Below, in pieces: positions 45,160-51,359 of a stretch of DNA of 51,359 bases; within the stretch, counting starts at the first letter, position 1, and each line of letters begins with the position of its first letter. A model generated the notes under the pieces. That model was not told the origin of the DNA, made no database searches, and saw only the letters and a list, made by a program, of their open reading frames with translations. Made by a program: the position numbers and the translations under genes. The DNA is from a virus. Taxonomy: Duplodnaviria > Caudoviricetes. The DNA lies in the IMG/VR virus record IMGVR_UViG_3300031519_004072, positions 1-51,359 of that record; one strand, given 5' to 3'.

Positions 45160-46491
45160 ATGTCAGTAAATAGGTTCGTACAACAGGTACGAAGAAGACA
45201 AACAATATACGAGTCTAAAGTAGATAAGATACAAGAGATTGTCGAGAGTGCAGACAATCTTCCTATTGATATTTTCAGAGGATTAGATTACGAAAAGTCG
45301 GCAAAACTTTCTTCTACCAAGAGGGATGTTATTATTGTTCGTTCTAAAGATAGAGAAACGGACAGAGACGAAATCTTAAGAAACTTAAGACAAGCTGGAG
45401 TAGATGCAAAATTAGGATCAGCACAATCTAGTGTTGACCCAATTGACGGTACTTACGAAGATCGTCCATTTAGAATCTTTGTTAAACCTGAGTCAGGTGG
45501 TATGGCAGAGACAACTTTAAATGCTTCCATGACTGAACTCTTTCCATGTATTGCATTTGAAAAAAACTATCAACCAAAAGACCCAGCATCATTTCATCAA
45601 TTCTTAATGGATGTTGATTTAAAATCACTTAAATGTGTTGGTGCTCAAGATGTTGTTAGTGCTCAAGAAACAATCAACAAAGCAGATACCTCAAGTAAGT
45701 TTGAAGACAAGATGAACAATGCAATTGCAATTCATCAATTCCTAAAAGATCAAGGTAAAGACAAAAAAATTACATCAACGTATTGGGGATATAGAACTAA
45801 ACCAGCTGGCGTTCCAAAGAAACACCCTGGTGATGTGTTCATCATATATGTTGATAAAGCAATTTTAGGTGTTAGTTTAAAAGCAGGTGGTAAAAAAACT
45901 TCTGAACCACAACTAAACACTTATGTTAATCCAATATTCAAGACATTTAAACAAGAAAGAAAACTTGCCAACATCTATGGAAAAGTGTATAATAGTGTAT
46001 GGGGCAAAATTAAAGGTATGCCACCAGTAAATAAATTTATGAAAGATAGAAAAACACAACAAGTTTTAAGAGACTATGATAGAAAGAGTAAAGCAAAATA
46101 CGAAGCAGATTATAATTCATATCTTGAAATGATGAGAACAGAAATTATTAATTTATTTAACATGAATAAAAAAAATACTTTACAATATATTAAGACAGAA
46201 ATTTTAAGGGATGCACCAGATGTTCCTACAATGGTTATCAAAGCAGTTGGTAAAGGATATGAAGAAGTAACAGACAAAGATGCTTTGGGTGTATTCATTC
46301 CTCAAGTAGATTTTGTAAAAGCATATCCTAGTAAAACATCTAAACAAAATTGGCATATACAATTAAAGTCTGGTGCAGATAGTATAATAATGAATATGGC
46401 AATAAGAACAAATAAATCAGGTCACGCTGGTCAGAAAAAATTAGGACAATTTTCTCTTAGTGTTAAATACAACGGATTGGCAAAAGGATAA
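45160..46491 (+). CDS. Hypothetical protein with a PD-(D/E)xK-like nuclease motif
   Basis: 'MTELFPC', 'HPGDVFI...LGVSLKA'; N-terminal IYE/IVE cleavage-like sites. Confidence 0.5.
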   Translation: MSVNRFVQQVRRRQTIYESKVDKIQEIVESADNLPIDIFRGLDYEKSAKLSSTKRDVIIVRSKDRETDRDEILRNLRQAGVDAKLGSAQSSVDPIDGTYEDRPFRIFVKPESGGMAETTLNASMTELFPCIAFEKNYQPKDPASFHQFLMDVDLKSLKCVGAQDVVSAQETINKADTSSKFEDKMNNAIAIHQFLKDQGKDKKITSTYWGYRTKPAGVPKKHPGDVFIIYVDKAILGVSLKAGGKKTSEPQLNTYVNPIFKTFKQERKLANIYGKVYNSVWGKIKGMPPVNKFMKDRKTQQVLRDYDRKSKAKYEADYNSYLEMMRTEIINLFNMNKKNTLQYIKTEILRDAPDVPTMVIKAVGKGYEEVTDKDALGVFIPQVDFVKAYPSKTSKQNWHIQLKSGADSIIMNMAIRTNKSGHAGQKKLGQFSLSVKYNGLAKG

Positions 46492-46748
46492 TGAAAACAT
46501 ATAACGAATTAATGGCATCAACTAAATGTCCACCAGGTACAAAATATGATCCTAAGTTAAAACAATGTGTTGCTAAAAAAATAAGATACAGAGGAAATTA
46601 TATTTTTGTTCCTAAGAATACAGACGTTGGTGGTACTGCACCTACAAATGGTAACGGCAATGGTAATGGTAATGGAAACGGAAATGGTGGAAACGGAAAT
46701 GGCAATGGTGGAAACGGTGGTAACGGAAATGGTGGAAACGGACAATGA
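46491..46748 (+). CDS. Small protein with a Cys pair (CPPG..YD...KQC) and a Gly-Asn repeat tail
   Basis: N-terminus MKTYNELMAS resembles the T4 capsid-targeting sequence; coupled to both neighbouring genes. Confidence 0.7.
   Translation: MKTYNELMASTKCPPGTKYDPKLKQCVAKKIRYRGNYIFVPKNTDVGGTAPTNGNGNGNGNGNGNGGNGNGNGGNGGNGNGGNGQ
46647..46742 (+). repeat. Low-complexity coding repeat (Asn-Gly / Asn-Gly-Gly)n
   Basis: AAY-GGN repeats with varied synonymous codons. Confidence 0.9.
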
Positions 46749-47977
46749 AAACTTTATTAGAACAAGCTGCAACTAAAAATTTACACTTAGAACATTTAGA
46801 AGATCATATTCTAAACTTTGGTGTTGAGGGTGGACGAGCATCACTTAACTTTTTAAGAAGTTTAAGAGATATGTTAGCAGGTTCTGCTAGGTCTTCTGTT
46901 AATATGACTGTTAAATGGGATGGCGCACCAGCGATATTCGCTGGGATTGATCCAGCAGATGGCAAGTTTTTTGTTGCCAAGAAATCTGTATTTAATGTTA
47001 GTCCAAAATTATACAAATCAAACAAGGAGATCGACAATGACTTATCAGGTGCTCTTAACTCAAAATTTAAAATTGCTTTGGCAGAGTTTAAAAAACTTGG
47101 AATTACAGGTGTACTTCAAGGTGACCTTATGTTTACAGATGATGTATCGACAGATAAAATTGATGGCAAGAAGTATTATACTTTCCAACCAAATACTATC
47201 GTATATGCTGTTGATGTTGACTCTGATCTTGGCTCCCAAATAAAGAAAGCAAAAGTTGGTGTAGTCTGGCATACAACATATAAAGGAAAAGAATTACAGA
47301 GTATGAAAGCATCTTTTGGTGCTGACGTTTCTAAACTAACTAAATCTAATTCGGTTTGGATGGATGATGCAACATATAAAGATGTATCAGGTAGATCAAC
47401 ATTTACTGAAAAAGAGACTGCTTCAATTACTACAATTCTTTCAGATGTAGGAAAAACATTCCAATCTATTAATGGTCCAATGTTAAGGAAGTTTCTTAAA
47501 CTTCAAGAAAGCATGACAGGAGCCCTTGTAGGAGCGTCATACAAGACGTATAACAATAGTAAAGTAAGAAGAGGAGAGAAGATATCAAATCCAAATAAAC
47601 ATGCAAAAGAGTACGTTAAATGGGTAGAGGATAATGTACAGAAACAAATTGATAAAGTAAAGACACCAAATGCAAAAGGGAAGTATCAAAATATACAAAA
47701 ACAATATTCAATAGAAATGAAGAAACATGTCAACAATTTATCTCAAGTTGCCAAGTTTCAAAACTACTTAATTGATGCTAAGATGCAAATTGTAAGAAAA
47801 CTAAATAATGTTAAACAGTTAACGGATACATTTGTTAAGACAAAAGATGGGTTTAAAGTCACTAACCCCGAAGGTTATGTCGCTATTGACAGGGTGTCTG
47901 GTAATGCAGTAAAATTAGTAGATCGTATGGAGTTTAGTTTCAATAACTTTACAGCGATAAAAGCATGGGATAAATGA
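46745..47977 (+). CDS. Ligase-like covalent nucleotidyltransferase-fold protein (DUF6267-like, from memory)
   Basis: Motif I 'TVKWDG', III 'LQGDLMF', IV 'PEGYV', V 'VKLV'; N-terminal 'HLEHLED'. Confidence 0.65.
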   Translation: MKTLLEQAATKNLHLEHLEDHILNFGVEGGRASLNFLRSLRDMLAGSARSSVNMTVKWDGAPAIFAGIDPADGKFFVAKKSVFNVSPKLYKSNKEIDNDLSGALNSKFKIALAEFKKLGITGVLQGDLMFTDDVSTDKIDGKKYYTFQPNTIVYAVDVDSDLGSQIKKAKVGVVWHTTYKGKELQSMKASFGADVSKLTKSNSVWMDDATYKDVSGRSTFTEKETASITTILSDVGKTFQSINGPMLRKFLKLQESMTGALVGASYKTYNNSKVRRGEKISNPNKHAKEYVKWVEDNVQKQIDKVKTPNAKGKYQNIQKQYSIEMKKHVNNLSQVAKFQNYLIDAKMQIVRKLNNVKQLTDTFVKTKDGFKVTNPEGYVAIDRVSGNAVKLVDRMEFSFNNFTAIKAWDK

Positions 47978-47981
47978 TAAG

Positions 47982-48389
47982 ATGATTACCTTTAAAGAAC
48001 TTGCAGTAACACTAGAAGGTGTTAGAGTCGTGAACATGGTTCAGAGACGTAAAATGGGTAGACGTATGGCACGTCTGGCAAAATCTTCGGCATTCAAAAA
48101 TAAAGTTGCAAGAGCAAAATTAAGAGTAGCAAGTCCAGCTAAGATTGCAATTAAAGCAAGAAAATTAGCAAAGAAAAAAATCCTTAATAAATTTTATCCA
48201 AACTATAATAAGTTAGCACCTATGGCCAAAATCAAAATTGATCAAAAGGTAGCATCTAAGTACGGTGGTGCAATTGATAAGATTGCTAAAAGAGCATTAG
48301 TTAAAGTTAAGAAAAATGAATTAATAAAAGTTAAAAAGGCGAGAGCCGCAAAGGCAAATAAAGCAGATGATAAAATTGGAAAAATTTAG
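47982..48389 (+). CDS. Very basic hypothetical protein, probably nucleic-acid binding
   Basis: K/R-rich; N-terminus MITFKELAVTLE. Confidence 0.65.
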   Translation: MITFKELAVTLEGVRVVNMVQRRKMGRRMARLAKSSAFKNKVARAKLRVASPAKIAIKARKLAKKKILNKFYPNYNKLAPMAKIKIDQKVASKYGGAIDKIAKRALVKVKKNELIKVKKARAAKANKADDKIGKI

Positions 48390-50496
48390 TCTCTACGAAG
48401 CACCAGGTAAAGGCGAAGTTGTATTTACATTCGGTAGATTCAATCCACCAACTACTGGTCATGAGAAACTTATTAGTAAAGTAAAGTCAGTTGCAGGTAG
48501 TAATGACTATAAAATATTTCCGTCATTTTCACAAAATCAAAAGAAAGACCCATTACCTCATTCGTTAAAGATAGCGTACATGAGAAAAATGTTTTCTAGA
48601 CATGCAAGAAATATAATTGCAGATAAGAAAGCAATTACTGCTATGAATATTGCAGTATCATTATACGATCAAGGTTATACAGAATTAACTATGGTTGTTG
48701 GTAGTGATAGAGTAAAAGAGTTTGAAAGACTATTGACAACATACAATAATGTCAAAGGAAAAAAACATGGGTTCTACAATTTTAAAAATATTAAAGTAGT
48801 ATCTGCTGGAGACAGAGACCCCGATGCTGAAGATGTATCAGGTATGTCTGCTAGTAAGATGAGACAAGCTGCAGTTGATGGCAAAGTACAAGACTTTGAA
48901 AGTGGAGTACCATCAGGTTTTAAAGATGCAAGAAAATTATATAGAGATGTAAGAAAGTACATGGGCATTCGTGAAGAAAAAGACATGGGTGAAATGAATG
49001 ACTATGAACATTTAAGAGATCAATATCTAACAGGTAAGATATGGAACATTGGTGATATAGTAGAAGCGAATGATGTATCAGGTAGAATTATTCTAAGAGG
49101 TACAAATTATGTTGCATTTACAGATGAAACAAACAAGGTACATAAAGCTTGGTTACACGATATTGAAGAAGGTTCTAGTGCTTTTAATCCAACTGTATTT
49201 AATAGAGATATAGGTACTATAAGTAAAGATCAAGATAGAAGATATAAAAAATTATCTACTAAAGATAAAGCGACTGTAAAAAAATTAGTAAAAAGAAAAG
49301 TGCCTATTGAAAATGCATTAAAACAAATTAGAGAAGTAAAACAAGATACAGACATTAAAGATAGAGAGGGTACACAACCTGCGAAATATTATGCTAAAGA
49401 TGCTGAAGGTGACGAACTATCTAAATCAACAAAACAAGCAAGGGCAAGACACTTTGCTAAATATGGAAAGAAAGATGACGATATGGACAAAAGTTACAAA
49501 CCAGCACCTGGTGATTCAGACGGAAAAACAAAACCATCTAAACATACTAAAAAATATCAAGCAATGTTTGGTAAAGAATCTGTCGATGAATTAAATGAAA
49601 AGATTGAGGGATTGATTAAGAAAGCAGATAAGTCTGGTATGCCATATTCTATTCTAAAGAAAGTTTATGATAGAGGAATGGCTGCATGGAAGACAGGTCA
49701 TAGACCTGGTACTACCCCACAACAATGGGCATTTGCTAGAGTTAATTCTTTTATTACTAAGTCAAGTGGAACATGGGGTAAAGCAGATAAAGATTTAGCA
49801 GATAAAGTCAGAGGCGAATCATTTAGTTATCCTAACGAGTATGCTAAACATACTAAAGATGTTACACCTGGCGAAGCGAAGGATAAAAAGAAGTACAAAA
49901 AAGTTGAAATGGCTCAGGTTACCGAATGGTTTGAGTCAGAAGATACTAGAGATTCATATCAATTAGACCATGGTGAAAATTGGTGGTGGAAATTAAATGA
50001 AGTCCACGATACTATGATAGAGAAAATTGATCTTAGTAAATCAGACGGAGTGACAAGAGTTGCTTCTATGTCTGGTAAAGCATTAAAGAAAGAAGCTTGT
50101 TGGACAGGATATAAACAAGTAGGTATGAAAGACAAGGGTGGTAAAAAAGTACCTAATTGTGTACCAGAAAAGTTTAAAGAATTTACTGATTCAAATAGAA
50201 ACTCATGGGGCGAAATAGAAGAAGACGCTGAGTATCAAGGTAGAAAAGTAAAACTTAATAATCCCATGAAAGGTGATATTAAGAAGACAAAAGTTTATGT
50301 AAAAAACGATAAAGGAAATGTAGTTAAAGTTGAGTTTGGTGATCCTAACATGTCAATCAAACGAGACGACCCAGCAAGAAGAAAAGCTTTCAGAGATAGA
50401 CATGGTTGTGATAACCCAGGTCCTAAATGGAAAGCAAAGTATTGGTCTTGTAAGTTTTGGTCAGGCAAGTCTGTAACAGATTTGATGAAAGGATAA
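48367..50496 (+). CDS. Multidomain protein: HxGH cytidylyltransferase/NMNAT-like domain plus several small basic domains
   Basis: 'FTFGRFNPPTTGHEKL', 'VVGSDR', 'SAGDRDPDA..VSGMSASKMR'; then modules 'VYDRGMAAW.TGHRPG..QQWA.ARVNSF', 'CWTGYKQVGMK...VPNCV' and 'AEYQGRKV...RHGC...YWSC..W'. Confidence 0.8.
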   Translation: MIKLEKFSLYEAPGKGEVVFTFGRFNPPTTGHEKLISKVKSVAGSNDYKIFPSFSQNQKKDPLPHSLKIAYMRKMFSRHARNIIADKKAITAMNIAVSLYDQGYTELTMVVGSDRVKEFERLLTTYNNVKGKKHGFYNFKNIKVVSAGDRDPDAEDVSGMSASKMRQAAVDGKVQDFESGVPSGFKDARKLYRDVRKYMGIREEKDMGEMNDYEHLRDQYLTGKIWNIGDIVEANDVSGRIILRGTNYVAFTDETNKVHKAWLHDIEEGSSAFNPTVFNRDIGTISKDQDRRYKKLSTKDKATVKKLVKRKVPIENALKQIREVKQDTDIKDREGTQPAKYYAKDAEGDELSKSTKQARARHFAKYGKKDDDMDKSYKPAPGDSDGKTKPSKHTKKYQAMFGKESVDELNEKIEGLIKKADKSGMPYSILKKVYDRGMAAWKTGHRPGTTPQQWAFARVNSFITKSSGTWGKADKDLADKVRGESFSYPNEYAKHTKDVTPGEAKDKKKYKKVEMAQVTEWFESEDTRDSYQLDHGENWWWKLNEVHDTMIEKIDLSKSDGVTRVASMSGKALKKEACWTGYKQVGMKDKGGKKVPNCVPEKFKEFTDSNRNSWGEIEEDAEYQGRKVKLNNPMKGDIKKTKVYVKNDKGNVVKVEFGDPNMSIKRDDPARRKAFRDRHGCDNPGPKWKAKYWSCKFWSGKSVTDLMKG

Positions 50497-50497
50497 G

Positions 50498-51359
50498 ATG
50501 TTAGAAAACTTTATACAACTTGTATCTGAGGAAAGTATTAAATCTCAACAGATAGAAGCAGAAAAACAAAGAGTACAAAAAGAGAAAGATAAAATGTTTC
50601 GTATCGAAACAACTAAATCTCTTGGCGATTTCTTTGCTGTAATATCTGAGGCAAGATCAGTACCACAGATTATGGAAGACCCTAAGGTTTTTGAAGAGTT
50701 TGACTTTTTTCCAAAAAAATTATATGAACGAATTACATTACCCAATCCACCTGCAGACTTAGAAAAAGAAGCAGACAAGTTAAAAACTATTATTGCAAAT
50801 AGAACTTTAGACGATGAACAATCAATTAATGATCATGATGAACATGCTTTCTATGCGATAGATATGTATTGTAAAAAACATGGATTAGGATTTCATGATA
50901 ATGAAATGGAAGATATTGTTCAACAAGCAAAACCAACAATAAAATATTTTAAAGAAATGTTTAATGTTGCTAGACCACAGAGAATTGACCCATCTATTAA
51001 ACCAATGTCTAGTACGACTAGTAATACACCTGCATATCCTAGTGGTCATGCGTGTCAATCAATGTTAGTTGGTTTATATGTATCTGCTAAGTTTCCAAAG
51101 CATGAAGAAGGTATTATAGAAGCTGCAAAAGAATGTGGTATGGGAAGAGTAAAAGCAGGATTTCATTATTTAGCAGATTATGTTGCTGGTAATTTACTTG
51201 CAGAAAAAATGTTTCTAGTTATGAACAAAGATGACTATGGTGATTATTTAAATGAAGCACCTAGAATACCTAGAAAGAAAGGTCAACCTGCTGGATCAGA
51301 TAAACATTCTGACTTATATACAGATGAGAATCCAAAAGGAACAATACATGGTTTAGGAT
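50498..51359 (+). CDS. PAP2/vanadium-haloperoxidase-family phosphatase domain protein (3'-truncated)
   Basis: Translated by hand: 'KEMFNVARP', 'YPSGHA', 'GRVKAGFHYLAD' are the three PAP2 motifs; then 'LNE-APRIPRKKGQ...HSDLYTDENPKGTIHGLG' runs off the window. Confidence 0.8.
   Translation, partial: MLENFIQLVSEESIKSQQIEAEKQRVQKEKDKMFRIETTKSLGDFFAVISEARSVPQIMEDPKVFEEFDFFPKKLYERITLPNPPADLEKEADKLKTIIANRTLDDEQSINDHDEHAFYAIDMYCKKHGLGFHDNEMEDIVQQAKPTIKYFKEMFNVARPQRIDPSIKPMSSTTSNTPAYPSGHACQSMLVGLYVSAKFPKHEEGIIEAAKECGMGRVKAGFHYLADYVAGNLLAEKMFLVMNKDDYGDYLNEAPRIPRKKGQPAGSDKHSDLYTDENPKGTIHGLG

Noticed and set aside
46647-46742. CRISPR or DNA-level tandem repeat
   Set aside because: It is an in-frame Gly/Asn coding repeat with synonymous variation and no spacers.
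1121-50778. Numerous short antisense or out-of-frame ORFs in the track (e.g. 3793-4185, 31805-32119, 39447-39806, 50545-50778)
   Set aside because: They are shadows of well-supported plus-strand genes, without RBS, promoter or motifs.
1-51359. tRNA, rRNA, integrase or IS elements
   Set aside because: Intergenic gaps are short and explained by promoters, terminators or micro-ORFs; no cloverleaf or recombinase motif was seen by eye.

Overview
This is a 51-kb, AT-rich, almost entirely plus-strand segment of a T4-like (Tevenvirinae/Kyanoviridae-type) myophage genome. The host is probably a marine alphaproteobacterium, inferred from the FdxA-type ferredoxin, DctP, CobS/CobT-like pair, Hsp20 and gene order. 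Core genes run gp17-gp18-gp19-gp20-(gp67/68-like)-gp21-gp22-gp23-gp3-uvsY-uvsW-gp55-gp47-gp46 ... gp45-gp44-gp62-regA-gp43 ... uvsX-gp40-gp41, with sigma70-type and T4 late (TATAAATA) promoters visible. Five accessory elements stand out. (1) Downstream of gp43 is an AsnB-like amide ligase + C5-cytosine transferase + CmoA trio; the transferase has Arg where motif X normally has Asn, so this is a probable carboxymethylcytosine DNA hypermodification pathway. (2) A tailoring-enzyme cluster encodes a small peptide, split radical SAM/SPASM, carbamoyltransferase, SGNH proteins, amidinotransferase, 2OG-Fe(II) oxygenase and ferredoxin. (3) A late cassette encodes proteins with T4 capsid-targeting-like N-termini and gp21-type cleavage sites, carrying nuclease-, ligase-, nucleotidyltransferase- and PAP2-phosphatase-like domains. 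(4) hsp20 is preceded by a sigma32-like promoter overlapping a late promoter and a ROSE-like RNA thermometer. (5) A DctP without a signal peptide sits inside the head module. All calls come from motif reading by eye; no searches were run. No tRNA, rRNA, CRISPR array, intron or intein was seen.
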